In this document: positions 41,259 through 53,605 of the stretch, piece after piece
How positions within the stretch are numbered: the stretch's first letter is position 1
Layout of the letters: every line of letters starts with the position of its first letter
Assembly (NCBI GenBank): GCA_000004985.1
Contig: GG738852.1
Reading direction: 5' to 3' (one strand)
Origin: Naegleria gruberi
Taxonomy: Eukaryota
Length of the DNA stretch: 64,000 nucleotides
Notes under the pieces: model-generated
Databases searched by the model: none
The model's input: only the letters and a program-made list of their open reading frames with translations
What the model was told of the DNA's origin: nothing
Translations under genes and position numbers: made by a program

Positions 41259-41496
41259 TTTTTTATGTGTTGCTGATTTAAAATTATTGCATTTAAAAGT
41301 TGTTTATTATATATTTGATTTTATTATTGTATTGTTGGTATGGTGGTAAAGTTTTGATTTTATCTTGAATGAAATGAATGTGATTTTAAAATTAGGAATA
41401 AGAGAAATTCAAATTATTGTTCTCTATGAGTTTAACAAATTTCCCGCCAAAATCAAGTACAACAGAGGAAAACTACATCAAACAACACGTAAAAAA

Positions 41497-43807
41497 ATGT
41501 TCAGCAACAACGTAGAGCAACCACCACCAACAGCCAGAAGTGCCATGCCTGGAAGTAGGGCTACTACAAGAGGAGGCGCTCGAGGTGTTTCCTTTAGGGA
41601 ACAAGGACACGGAAGTGAGGAAATCGAAGTGATGGTACAAACATTGAACAAACATTTAAAGATGAATCTTACATTGGTATCTTTTGATGAATTGTCAAGT
41701 TCAAAGCCAAGTAGATTATTGGAAGTTTTGAATTCTTTGGTTGGATATTTATCTCCTGAATATAAAGCTGATATTTCTAAGGAATCTCCGGAAGTAACGT
41801 TCCAAAGAATTAGTCAATTTTTAGTAGTAATATTGGGCATGAAAAATTTGAGACAAGAAAATCAGTAAGTTTCTTTTGATTAGTATCCTTAATTAATCGT
41901 AATTATGAATTGTTGCTGCCAATAATAATTTATAAAAGAAATGAACTTGCCCAAGGAATGGTAAATGGAGATAGAAAGACTCTCTACCCAATTCTTTTCA
42001 GTATCTGTTCTAAAATTGAAGATATGCAAAAGAGAGTTTATTTGGCCAAATATATGGTGGAAATTAAGGTACCAGATGAATTTTTAATGGATCAAGAAGT
42101 TAGCTCTGTCTTTCAACAATACAAACAACTTATTCAAACTTTTAAAACAACTCACCAACAGACAACTGCTCTAAGAGATTCTACCCAAGATCCAGAACAG
42201 ATCAAACAACGTATTCTTAAAATGGAACGTGACAAGGAACAATTAAAAGTTAAAAGTGAAGAATTGACTAAAAAGATGAGAGAATTATCTGTAGGTTTTT
42301 TAAATATCAATTTCCAGATAATTTATTTTCATAATAGAATGATTCTGAAGCATTTATTGAGCTAACAAGTAAATTAAATAAGGAACAAGATGAAAGATTT
42401 TCATTGGAAAAAAGTCAACAAGATCAGCTCCATAAGTTGAGAGAAAGTGAAGATAAATTAGCTGTAGTACAAAAAGCATTACAAGAAACAGAGGAAGATA
42501 TTGGAAATGGTGATGTGGATGGACTAATTGAAGGATTAGAAGAAACTGTTTCCAAGTACAGAGAGGATACCCAAACCAAGTTCCCATTGGAACTTCAAGA
42601 AAAACAATACAAGATTGATATTTTAAAGAAGGTATCAAATATGAGCTCAATGACTGATGCCCTTCTTTCAGTGGATAGTGATATTAGAAGATTGAAGGAA
42701 GAAATTACCACTCTTCAAGACGAATTATCTCAAAAAACAGAAAATCAACAAAATAAGGACGATAACAGACTCACATCAATGGTTAAAGTTGTACAGAAAA
42801 AGAAGCAAGATATGGAAAAAAGGCTTCAAACCAATCAAAAGGAATTGAGCAAAGTTCAACAAAAAATCAAAAAAGTTGAAGAAGACTTGAAACAATACGA
42901 AGGCCAAAAGATACCTACACCAGAAGAATTTGAAGCTTTGAAACATGAAGTAATGTCAAAAGCAAACGTTGCTAAAAAGATGAAGGCAGAACTCAGTGAA
43001 TTGAAGAAGGAAAATCTTGTTTTGAGAAGAACTGAGGATATTTTGAAATCAAAGGATGAAAAGGTGGAAGGTTTCTTACGAAAACTGGAACAAGAAAAGG
43101 GTATTCAAGGTTTTAGACAAATTCAAAAAGAAATTATTGACACTTCACAAACAAAGAACGAGATTGATAAGGAGAAGGGAGAAACTCTTGAAGAAATTTC
43201 CAAGATTGTACAGGAACTTAACGAAAAGATAAATGCTCAAAAAGAACGTCTCAAACAACCAGTCAAGCAACTCAAGATTTTGCGTGAAGAACACCAAGTT
43301 GTAGAAAATGAATTCAATGATAAGAAGGCAGTGTATGATAACATCAAGTTGGGACAAGAAAGTGAAGTCAGCAAGTTAAAAACAGATATTAAGGAATTAC
43401 AGGATGAAATTGATAGACAACAAAGTCTTTACTATTTACTTCAAAGTCAAAGCTGCTTGAACAATGCAATCAAGTCAAGACTGGAAGATGAAAAGGAATA
43501 TTTGGATTCAAAGAATTCTGGCAAGCGATTCAGTTTGGAATATCAATCCTATACCTCATACTTGAAGGGTAAGATTGATAAACTCGAACAATTGAGTAAA
43601 GAATTGAGAGAAAAACAAAAGTACATTAAGGAAACCCACGATCCAAACATGAGACAAATTGAACAATTTAGCAATTTGAGAAAGCTGTTAGAATTGAAAC
43701 TGAAGCTTAATAGAGAAGGTATCACAAACAGTAATAATTTGAGACAAGCCTTTGGTAAATCTGACGCATTCTCTCAACAACAAGGTGTTGACAGATTGGT
43801 TTTGTAA
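41497..43807 (+). CDS. IFT81: Intraflagellar transport protein 81 (IFT81). Three exons: join(41497..41864, 41939..42290, 42338..43807), 729 aa.
   Basis: CH-domain region RNELAQGMVNGDRKTLYPILFSICSKIEDMQKRVYLAKYMVEIKVPDEFLMDQEVSSVFQQYKQLIQTFKTTHQ is collinear with human [75 protein letters not shown]. C-terminal KYIKETHDPNMRQIEQFSNLRKLLELK matches [27 protein letters not shown]. Introns are 74 nt (gtaagt...ttataaaag) and 47 nt (gtaggt...ataatag), with phases consistent; total 2190 nt. Confidence 0.85.
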
Positions 43808-43907
43808 AGTGTATAAAATTTATTGTAATATTTTTTAATCTATTCCATTTACAAATGAAGTACATAAAGAAGAGAAATTATAGTAGCAGTGAAATATATT
43901 CAAAAGT

Positions 43908-45530
43908 TTAATCAAATTTAATACCTTGAGCCAATGGTAAAGTGTTACCATAATTGACTGTGGCAGTAGATCTTCTCATGTATTGCTTCCAAGAATCAGA
44001 ACCACTTTCACGACCACCGCCTGTAGCCTTTTCACCACCAAAAGCACCTCCAATTTCAGCACCATTTGTTGGAATATTAACATTGACAATACCACAATCA
44101 GAACCATTTGGACCAAGCCATTGGAACATGTTAGATTGACTCTTTGTGAATACACTACTGCTCAAACCTTGTTCAACAGAATTATTAATATGAATAGCTT
44201 CATCGAGAGTCTTGAATTTCATAACATAAACAATTGGAACAAAGGTTTCATGTTGAACAACTGGAGCATCATAGGCAATTTCAATAATTGTTGGTTCAAC
44301 ATAATTTCCAGGTCTATCGAGAACATTACCACCATAGAGAATCTTTCCTCCTTGTTGTTTAGCTTGTTCAATAGCTTTCTTATATTGTTGAACTGCATTC
44401 TTTGTGTGCAAAGGTCCACACAAGAAACCAGATTCCTTAATTGGATCACCAATCTTGACATTGGAATAACCCTTCTTTAACTTGGAAATGAATTGATCAT
44501 AGACATTTTCTTGAATAATAAGACGACGAGTAGTGGTACAACGTTGACCAGCAGTACCAACACAAGCAAACAAGACACTTCTGAAAGCAATTTCAAGATC
44601 AGCATCTTCACAAACAATGATAGCATTATTACCACCCAATTCCAATAAAGATTTACCCCATCTATCATCAACAACTTCTCTGACCTTCTTACCAATTTGA
44701 GTACTTCCAGTAAAACTGACTAATCCAATTCTCTTATCAGCAGAAATAGCTTGACCAATATCAGATCCACCAGTCATAATTGTACAAATAGCAGGATCTA
44801 ACTTGTTATCCTTCAAAACTTGTTGAATAATTTTACCAGTTGCAATTGTTGATAATGAAGTTGTTGGAGCACCTTTCCAAACCATAGTATTACCACAAAT
44901 TAAAGCAAGAGCAGCATTCCATCCATAAACAGCAACAGGGAAATTGAATGCAGTAATTGCACCAACAGTTCCGATAGGATTCCACAATTCATACATGGCA
45001 TGGTTTGGTCTTTCACTTGGCATAACTTGACCATTGATCATTCTAGATAAACCAGTTGCAAAATCACAAATATCAACAAATTCTTGAACTTCACCAACAC
45101 CTTCTGGTAAAATCTTACCCATTTCCAAACTAACCAATTTACCCAAATCATTAATATTTTCACGGAGAGCAACACCAATTTGTCTAACAATTTCTCCTCT
45201 GTATGGAGCAGGCTTATTACGCCATTCAATTTCTGCCTTCTTGGTCAATTTCATAGCTTGTTCATATTCGGTAATGGTTGGACCAACAGAAGTAGAAATG
45301 ACTCTATTATCTGATGGTGAAATAGATTGGAAAACTTCACCTGATCCTTTCCATTCTCCTCCAATACAAATACCTGGATTACCTTCTTCAACGAGACCTA
45401 ATCTTGGCAAAAAATCATATTCGGAGAAGGAATATTTTGATGATGAAAAACGCACTTGTTTACTGATAAGATTTTTCACCAAGGAATTGGCGGCTGATGA
45501 TGATTTCTTAGAGATGATTTGTCTTTGCAT
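43908..45530 (-). CDS. ALDH7A1: Aldehyde dehydrogenase family 7 (alpha-aminoadipic semialdehyde dehydrogenase/antiquitin), mitochondrial presequence, single exon, 540 aa
   Basis: Full-length collinearity with ALDH7A1, including the catalytic Cys region ([21 protein letters not shown]), the Glu active-site block ([10 protein letters not shown]) and the C-terminal ...[15 protein letters not shown] at 45530. Confidence 0.9.
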   Translation of the reverse strand: MQRQIISKKSSSAANSLVKNLISKQVRFSSSKYSFSEYDFLPRLGLVEEGNPGICIGGEWKGSGEVFQSISPSDNRVISTSVGPTITEYEQAMKLTKKAEIEWRNKPAPYRGEIVRQIGVALRENINDLGKLVSLEMGKILPEGVGEVQEFVDICDFATGLSRMINGQVMPSERPNHAMYELWNPIGTVGAITAFNFPVAVYGWNAALALICGNTMVWKGAPTTSLSTIATGKIIQQVLKDNKLDPAICTIMTGGSDIGQAISADKRIGLVSFTGSTQIGKKVREVVDDRWGKSLLELGGNNAIIVCEDADLEIAFRSVLFACVGTAGQRCTTTRRLIIQENVYDQFISKLKKGYSNVKIGDPIKESGFLCGPLHTKNAVQQYKKAIEQAKQQGGKILYGGNVLDRPGNYVEPTIIEIAYDAPVVQHETFVPIVYVMKFKTLDEAIHINNSVEQGLSSSVFTKSQSNMFQWLGPNGSDCGIVNVNIPTNGAEIGGAFGGEKATGGGRESGSDSWKQYMRRSTATVNYGNTLPLAQGIKFD

Positions 45531-45820
45531 TTTTTCAAGTGTTGTAATCTAGAGGTCTTGGGTAAAAGGAGAGCGTTGATTTTTTCGCACCATCTGTGAT
45601 ATTGTAAAAATAGGTGGATGTTTCAATTTAATAGCTTTGTTTTTGAGGGTTCTGTTTTTGTTTGAAGACAAGAATTGCATTTTAATAAATTGAATATATT
45701 TCAAGAGATGGATTAGTGGTTGTAAATTTATTTAAATAAGCAGAGGAAATAAATTCAACAGTCGGCTAATTGAAATTCAACAAAAAAGTTCAAAATAAGG
45801 GATTCGTTATTTGGGATTAT

Positions 45821-47590
45821 TTAAGATATTCTATACCACGTTGAAGCATGTTGTTTCTTTTTAGCTTGATATTCATCTTCAAGATTAGTATTGTAGATTT
45901 GATCGAAAATTTCAAAAGCCTTAATATCTTGATTGAGAAGATCTGAAACCGATTGATTAGTGTACGTTTTAAATCTAGACCGAAGTTCCAAATATCTATC
46001 CAAATCTTCCTCTTGAATAGCTAAACTAGAAAGGGTTAGGAATGGATACGAATTGGTTGGATCAACACTCATAGCCTTCTCCAGTATAGTTGTAATTTCT
46101 TCTTGTGGTCTCCCCATTTTGTGAAGAAGGACAGCTTTCATGTTAAGTAGTGTACACATGTCAGATTTTCTCTCTGGCTCAATTTCAAAACATTTCTCAA
46201 TATCTTTCATTGCCATAAAAGTATCATACATTGAAAATGCTTCTGCTCTGTCCTTATAAATTTGATAATAATCAGGGAAGATTTCCAAACATTTTGAAAA
46301 TTGAACAAATGCCTCTTGGAAATTTCCAGAAATCATGTGCAACACACCAAGTGTCTTGGTACTGTTAACCTTGATAAAAAATTCATCGCTAGGATTGCAC
46401 AATGTGAGAGCCTTGTGAAAACATGAAATTCCCTCTTGCGTCAATTCTCTATTCCCAAACACATTAAATCCTTTCAAATAGCCTATGTTACAATAGGCAT
46501 ATATAAATGAAGGGTCCAATGAATAGGATTCTTCAAAAATTCCAGTCATTGCTTCATTATCTGTACAATCACAAAAGAACATTAATACACCCTCCAAACA
46601 TTTTTGATGGGCTCTACAGTGTCTCCAATGTTTGTCCAAAAATGCATGTGATAATGCAAACATGTCCTTGTTAATATTATTGAGCATGTTTTCCAAATTT
46701 TTAATCTGTCTTCCATTGTAAAGTAATCCAAATTCTGCAAACTTGATACATCCAATTTTTTGGTCTGTTTGTCTATACAGTTCCAAAATGTGATAGTAAA
46801 ACTTTTCCAAAAGAGGATTTTTCCTATACGATGATTCATAGTATCCAATACTAGAAATCAAATGTTGTCTGTAAATGTTCTGTATGGCATCTTTAATGTC
46901 ATCGAACGATGTTTGATCTTTTTCAATTATTTCTCTCATAATTTCCAATGCATGATAGAAAGATTCGTATCTTTGTGTATCCATGTTAACACCACATGTT
47001 GCATGTTGATGTGGTGTACTACTGTGATGCATTCTTTTTACTTTTTTCAATTGAGGCTCTCCACATTCAGAGTTGTTGCATGTTGATGAGGTGAGGTGTT
47101 GCCTTGATTGTAAAAAGTCTAAATATTGATCATGGTAATATTCATGTGCAAATTCTATAACTTCCGTTAATCCCCATGCCTTCAAGTTTTGCCAATCCTC
47201 TTGATTTGGTAATACAGAGCATGTTGTTGTATTTTCTTCAGTGCTAGATATGTGTTGTTGTGATGATGGCCCCACAATTCCATTCAAAATACAATCAATA
47301 GCCATGATGGCCATATCTTTACTCGTCGACTGCAACAAATTCATTACATAAAACTTTTCGCACAGAGAAGAACATGTGGCAAAATCTACCTCTGTCAAAT
47401 TTTGCATTGATTTGGATAGACGATTCCGATTTGTAAATAATGGATTGCCATTTCTACCTGTAATATTTTCACTACCATCAAACAGTGATACTGTTGTTGG
47501 TATTGTTGTTTGTTCTTGTGTTGGTTGGGAATGTGTTTCAGCCTCGTTTTCCCGTTGTTGCTGCTCATGATAGTCCTGCTGATGTTGCAT
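45821..47590 (-). CDS. TPR-repeat protein, single exon, 589 aa
   Basis: ATG at 47590. Several TPR-like helices in the C-terminal half (..AYCNIGYLKGF.., ..GNFQEAFVQFSKCLEIFPDYYQIYKDRAEAF.., ..LEKAMSVDPTNSYPFLTLSSLAI..). The Gln/His-rich N-terminus was not assigned to a specific family. Confidence 0.55.
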   Translation of the reverse strand: MQHQQDYHEQQQRENEAETHSQPTQEQTTIPTTVSLFDGSENITGRNGNPLFTNRNRLSKSMQNLTEVDFATCSSLCEKFYVMNLLQSTSKDMAIMAIDCILNGIVGPSSQQHISSTEENTTTCSVLPNQEDWQNLKAWGLTEVIEFAHEYYHDQYLDFLQSRQHLTSSTCNNSECGEPQLKKVKRMHHSSTPHQHATCGVNMDTQRYESFYHALEIMREIIEKDQTSFDDIKDAIQNIYRQHLISSIGYYESSYRKNPLLEKFYYHILELYRQTDQKIGCIKFAEFGLLYNGRQIKNLENMLNNINKDMFALSHAFLDKHWRHCRAHQKCLEGVLMFFCDCTDNEAMTGIFEESYSLDPSFIYAYCNIGYLKGFNVFGNRELTQEGISCFHKALTLCNPSDEFFIKVNSTKTLGVLHMISGNFQEAFVQFSKCLEIFPDYYQIYKDRAEAFSMYDTFMAMKDIEKCFEIEPERKSDMCTLLNMKAVLLHKMGRPQEEITTILEKAMSVDPTNSYPFLTLSSLAIQEEDLDRYLELRSRFKTYTNQSVSDLLNQDIKAFEIFDQIYNTNLEDEYQAKKKQHASTWYRIS

Positions 47591-48136
47591 AGTTTATAAA
47601 GGTTGAATGGTTTTAGTGCGAGCAGTAATTCAATTTTTTTTTAATGTTGTGATTATTAAGAGATAGAAAGTTAGTGTATGAGAAACATTGACATCTCCAG
47701 TGTAAACAGCACTCAATCCATATTAAGATTGTATTTTACCGAAAGTGAGCAACAAGTTGGAATTATCCGCTGTAGATTAAAGACAAATAACAAATCACTT
47801 TGATTGAGATTTAGCCTCAGGGGTGAAAGTTTGCTTGAATATAGTTCATTGAACAACATGTTTGGGTTTATTGGAGTTTAAGGTGCTGAATGACAACATT
47901 GAGGCAACGTTTACAAAATCTTTCTTGCATTAATATTCTTTCATTTTTATATGAGCATTTTTTTGTATTTACTAGTTTTCAGAATTCTTCTATGATTCCT
48001 TTACAGTTAGTTGAGATAAAGAATAATTCGATTAGCATTATTATTGGTTAAGAATGGAAAATTATTATTCTCCAACTGGCCAAGGAAAGACTACTTTAAT
48101 TTTGGAGGGAAATTTGATTAGATACCACAAATAAAA

Positions 48137-49034
<898 letters not shown>

Positions 49035-49163
49035 ATCTCGTTATCATGTGCTCAGTAATATGGTTGCATGCAAACACAACAACAGAAATAAAACTTAATT
49101 TATAATCTTTACAATTAATTATCATCACTTTTCAATAACTTTGAGTTCTTATGAACATTTCAT

Positions 49164-49886
49164 TTAGACAGACTCAGTTTGAGCCATTTCATTGTTTCGT
49201 GAGAGTGAAAATACCTTTGGTCCCGAAAGGTTTCTTCTGTACATGTATTTCAATGCCAATTGAATACATGCTAAAAACAATCCAATTCCATTAGGAATAT
49301 AAATGGCAGAATTTGAAATTAAATATCCATATAAAAGCCAAGTGAAACTGCAACCAGCACTGGCAGCAGCAAGGAGAAGTTGAATTGATTCGGAATTTTG
49401 CTTTTCCAGAACTTGTTTAATAGTAACAAGAGGACTTCCAAACATGATAACACTTCCAATGGCAGAGATTGCACCCAAATAGCTCACAACCTTATGTGAA
49501 GGAGCAATAAACAATACGAAACTCAATGATAAAATATAAATTACAAGACCAATTGAACATTTTGAAATAAATTCCTCCTTCTTATCAGTAATTCTATAAT
49601 ACAACCAATTATAATAGCAAGCTGCAATAAATCCAACCATATTGGTAATGACCAAAATCATATCCTCGATTATTACTCCATATGTTACCCACAATAATGC
49701 ACTAATACACATTGCAAGATACGGAAAAGGTGTAATATTAGACAAGTCAATGCTTGATTCTCCTAATTCTGTTGTTTTTCCTTGTTTTTGTTTCAGGGCA
49801 CTAGTCAACAATCTATAAGGAGAGTAAAATACAAAGATTGCCAATCCTGTTCCAATCCATCCAATAATATTAATCAGTGCACTCAT
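49164..49886 (-). CDS. SWEET (MtN3/saliva, PQ-loop) sugar transporter with 7 TM helices, single exon, ~240 aa
   Basis: Two MtN3 repeats (IGWIGTGLAIFVFYSPYRLLTSALKQKQ...FPYLAMCISALLWVTYGVII and LGAISAIGSVIMFGSPLVTIKQVLEKQNSESIQLLLAAASAGCSFTWLLYGYLISN) separated by a linker helix. True ATG at 49886 (the track start at 49892 is TTG). Confidence 0.75.
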   Translation of the reverse strand: MSALINIIGWIGTGLAIFVFYSPYRLLTSALKQKQGKTTELGESSIDLSNITPFPYLAMCISALLWVTYGVIIEDMILVITNMVGFIAACYYNWLYYRITDKKEEFISKCSIGLVIYILSLSFVLFIAPSHKVVSYLGAISAIGSVIMFGSPLVTIKQVLEKQNSESIQLLLAAASAGCSFTWLLYGYLISNSAIYIPNGIGLFLACIQLALKYMYRRNLSGPKVFSLSRNNEMAQTESV

Positions 49887-50257
49887 TTCCAATAATTATA
49901 ATTATGATGATCTAATTTTCTCTCCTTCCAAAAGGCTGTTTTAATGTAATTTGTAGATGATGATACAATCGGAAGGAATTTTTTTATGATTTGTTTTTTT
50001 AAAATTGGAAAATTAATTGATAGAACAACTCATCAATTTTAACCTTTAAGTTCTGATTTATTAATTTTATGTTTAATAACAATTATTAATAATAATTTCA
50101 AGATACTTGTAATTACAGTAATTCTCCTCCTCTTTTGTCAATTATCTGTAATGAGAACAAAAAGAAGATCAATGGAACATTTGGCCAAGTTCATTCTCTT
50201 CTTCTTGTTCGTAGGGATGATGATTGTGGATGATGAATTGAAACCAAACTTAAAAAA

Positions 50258-52138
50258 ATGATTTCATCAAAACAACAACATGATCGTGATGATGCTATTG
50301 AAAGAGTGGGTGTAATTGTGGATCAAATTCCTGAGGAAATACTTGCTACGATTTCATCGTATTTGGACTTGAAAACAATTGGATATTGTATGAATGTTTC
50401 TAATAGATGGAGATTATCAATTTTGAAGCATTTGAGAATTTGTTATCCGTATAGTCAAAAGAAGGATGTAATTACATTTGTTTCAAAGGAGGTACTTCAT
50501 TTGGATTCTTTTAGACAGGTTAACAAGTTTTGGTTGGGTGTCAATGAATGTGTTGCAATTGATTTAATTTCTAAAGGGAAGGAAACATTTATTGGTGGCT
50601 CTGTTCATAATTTATTGGAAAGGTTAATTGATGCAGTGAATGAATCGGAAATGTCAGATTCAGATCTTTTTGAATTGTCAATGATTTCAAGTGCTGTAAT
50701 TGGCGGGTTCAGTGGCAGTTTGGATTTCATGTCAAATCAACAACGTACCAGTGCATTGAATGGTAGTTTACAGAGTAATGTTTCCTCTCCTACTCCTCCA
50801 GGTCCTTTGCTTGGTTCACCAACTGGAGTTGGTAACATGTTCACACCTGGTTCACCAACAAATGGCGACATTGATACTTCTAATGAGACTATCATTGAGG
50901 CCCATTCATTCCAGAGAACATTTTTCAAAACTTTTGAATCATTCATGACGAAATCTAACTTCCTTAGAATGTGTTTCACTCATTTGATTGATTTGGATAA
51001 TCAACAAGTAGAGTTTAAAGAAAATGAAAAGAGAAGAAAGATTATCAAGCTGATGCAAGTTTTGAACATGTTCGTTCACTATTGTATCAGAATGGATCCT
51101 AGAGATGAGGAAAATGATGACTTGATTGTAATGCAATTGTCTCAATTTTTAGATACCTATTTGATTAATAGTGTGTCATTGGAGGAGAATAACACAAATG
51201 TTCTCAATTCTGTAAAGTATATCAAGGGCGTTCAAGTGAAACATCATTTGTACAACAAATTAGTAGCATTGGAAGAGTTGAGAAAGAAGAGACAATTCAA
51301 AATTGTCAATCCACTTTCTTCATCCTCACTGAAGCCTCAAGATATTAATCGAGAAGTTAATATTTATACAATAGGTCAAGAAGCTCTTGCAGCACAATTG
51401 ACCATTCTCGAGATGGAACACTATAGAAATTTGAGATCGTTTGAATTTGTTGGATTTCCATGGAGAAAGACACCAAACAAGTGCCCTTCCATCATTCTCA
51501 ACAATAAGCACTTTGAAAATGTTGCCAGATGGGTTGCCAATGAAATTGTCCAACCTAAAACAGTTGAAGAAAGAGCCAAGGCCTTTAAATTCTTTATTGA
51601 TATTTGCGTGAATCACTTGTCGAGTTATCAAAACTTTGGAACAATATTTGCCATATCAGCAGGCTTAATGTCTGCCTCAGCCTTCCGTCTGAAACTCACA
51701 AGACAAGAGGCAGGCAGTGAATATGAGGAAAAATTGGAAAATCTCAGAGAAATTGTCAGTTTGAGAGCTAACTTTAGAGTTTTGAGAGGTATATTAGATT
51801 CTCTCAGATCTGAAGCTTGTATACCCTACCTGGGCATGTTCTTGAGCGATTTGAAAAATCTCCACGATTCTTCCAATCAATTGAGAAAATACGTTGAAAA
51901 ATCCAAAGAGCTCAATGAGCAAGGTATTACTTGTGTCAATTGGTTTGTCATTCAGAGAGAATATCAAATAGTTCATCAACTCATGTATTGGAAACAACTT
52001 TTTGAGGATAAATATTTGAATACACTTCAAAAGGATGAAGTCATTCAACTCCGTTTAGATCAATACCTCAATCAATCGAAAGGTTTTGATGAATTATATC
52101 AAGTTAGTTTGAAACGAGAACCAAGAAATAATAATTGA
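50258..52138 (+). CDS. Ras guanine-nucleotide exchange factor (RasGEF_N plus RasGEF/Cdc25 domains) with an N-terminal F-box-like motif, single exon, 626 aa
   Basis: F-box-like IPEEILATISSYLDLKTIGYCMNVSNRWRLSIL. Cdc25-homology block IYTIGQEALAAQLTILEMEHYRNLRSFEFVGFPWRK...VARWVANEIV...NFGTIFAISAGLMSASAFRLKLT...LRGILDSLRSEACIPYLGMFLSDL. ATG at 50258. Confidence 0.8.
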   Translation: MISSKQQHDRDDAIERVGVIVDQIPEEILATISSYLDLKTIGYCMNVSNRWRLSILKHLRICYPYSQKKDVITFVSKEVLHLDSFRQVNKFWLGVNECVAIDLISKGKETFIGGSVHNLLERLIDAVNESEMSDSDLFELSMISSAVIGGFSGSLDFMSNQQRTSALNGSLQSNVSSPTPPGPLLGSPTGVGNMFTPGSPTNGDIDTSNETIIEAHSFQRTFFKTFESFMTKSNFLRMCFTHLIDLDNQQVEFKENEKRRKIIKLMQVLNMFVHYCIRMDPRDEENDDLIVMQLSQFLDTYLINSVSLEENNTNVLNSVKYIKGVQVKHHLYNKLVALEELRKKRQFKIVNPLSSSSLKPQDINREVNIYTIGQEALAAQLTILEMEHYRNLRSFEFVGFPWRKTPNKCPSIILNNKHFENVARWVANEIVQPKTVEERAKAFKFFIDICVNHLSSYQNFGTIFAISAGLMSASAFRLKLTRQEAGSEYEEKLENLREIVSLRANFRVLRGILDSLRSEACIPYLGMFLSDLKNLHDSSNQLRKYVEKSKELNEQGITCVNWFVIQREYQIVHQLMYWKQLFEDKYLNTLQKDEVIQLRLDQYLNQSKGFDELYQVSLKREPRNNN

Positions 52139-52288
52139 GGTGACTTTGTAAAATAAATCATGATGTATTAAAATCTATTGTTTAATCATACACCAATGTG
52201 CTTGCTATACATATTATGGAGAATCTTATTGAATGTGTTACAAATTATTAATTACAATTATTAATAATTAAATACTTTAAATTAAAAA

Positions 52289-53440
52289 ATGGAACAACAT
52301 GAAACGGAGGAGGAATATTTACCAGCTTCAGAGGAGGAAGATAATCAGCCAGTGGAAGAAGAAGAATACCAAAGAGAGGAAGCCGATGAAGAAAATTCTA
52401 GAATGATGCACGATGATGAAATTATACAACAAAATGATGACACTGAGGAACAACAATCCTTCGGAATGAATGATGAAGAGGATGAAGAACAAGGAGAGGA
52501 AGAGGATCGATTTATGGATCAAGCAGAAATGGAAGAATTAGTAAAGGCTTATCACAGTAAGAAGAGAAATCCACTGGAACATCAGCAAGCTCCCGAAGAA
52601 CAATCACAAGAATTTAATACTGTACACTCTACTAATTCTCAGAATTTAATTGAACAAATTACGAGAAATAAGATTTTCAACTCTATTTATTATAAGGAAG
52701 AATGCTTTGGTTTGAATGCTGCTACAGTAATTGATAAAGCAGAAAATTTGGATTCTATTGGAGGAACTTTTGGAGGGTTGAGAAAACCAACAAATTTTCT
52801 CTCTCTTTTAATGAAAATGTTACAAATTGAAGTGGATTTGGAGTCGACTGTTGCATATATTCATAATGGAGAGTTTAAATACTTGACAGCTTTGGGAGCT
52901 CTCTATTTGAGATTGGTTGGAAATGCTGTAGATGTTTATGAGCAATTGGAACCGCTATATTCAGATTATAGAAAGTTGAGATTAAGACTCATTGATGGTT
53001 CTTGTAAAATTTTGCATATGGATGAATTTATTGAAATGTTACTTACGAGTGATTCATTTTGTGATGTTAAATTGCCATTCCTGCTGAGTAGAAAGGTATT
53101 GGAAAAGAATGGTAAATTGGGTCCATATGTTTCTGCACTTGAAACTAATGAAGAGTATAAGGCAATTGTTGAAATGAAGAATAGAAAGGAAGATCCACAA
53201 CAAGAACCTGAAGAGACTGCTGAGATGAACCCTATAGAAAGTGCCAAACCATCGACTACTACCAAGAAGAAATCTGGATCTGGATTTAAATTAAATTTAA
53301 AGAAGAAATCAACCTCAGCAACCAGTAGCTCATCGAGTACTAATCAAGAAGAATCCTCTGAAAAATCAGGAGATAATTCTCTATCCATTGAGGAAACAAA
53401 CAAATTGAGGATAAGCTTAGGTTTGAAGCCTCTTCTCTAA
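52289..53440 (+). CDS. PRPF38: Pre-mRNA splicing factor PRP38 family protein with an acidic N-terminal extension, single exon, 383 aa
   Basis: PRP38 domain KIFNSIYYKEECFGLNAATVIDKAENLDSIGGTFGGLRKPTNFLSLLMKMLQIEVDLESTVAYIHNGEFKYLTALGALYLRLVGNAVDVYEQLEPLYSDYRKLRL is collinear with human PRPF38A (RIYESKYWKEECFGLTAELVVDKAMELRFVGGVYGGNIKPTPFLCLTLKMLQIQPEKDIIVEFIKNEDFKYVRMLGALYMRLTGTAIDCYKYLEPLYNDYRKIK). Confidence 0.85.
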   Translation: MEQHETEEEYLPASEEEDNQPVEEEEYQREEADEENSRMMHDDEIIQQNDDTEEQQSFGMNDEEDEEQGEEEDRFMDQAEMEELVKAYHSKKRNPLEHQQAPEEQSQEFNTVHSTNSQNLIEQITRNKIFNSIYYKEECFGLNAATVIDKAENLDSIGGTFGGLRKPTNFLSLLMKMLQIEVDLESTVAYIHNGEFKYLTALGALYLRLVGNAVDVYEQLEPLYSDYRKLRLRLIDGSCKILHMDEFIEMLLTSDSFCDVKLPFLLSRKVLEKNGKLGPYVSALETNEEYKAIVEMKNRKEDPQQEPEETAEMNPIESAKPSTTTKKKSGSGFKLNLKKKSTSATSSSSSTNQEESSEKSGDNSLSIEETNKLRISLGLKPLL

Positions 53441-53605
53441 TTTTGTGATTCATTCTTAAATTGGAATCATCAAACTAGGCTCAGCACAGTATTAATAGAA
53501 AATAGATTTACATAAATAAATGATTTGCTATCATTATTCCATTATTCAGGACGATTTAAGGATGCAAAAGATTCAAACAATATCTATAATAATACAAATA
53601 GCCAT

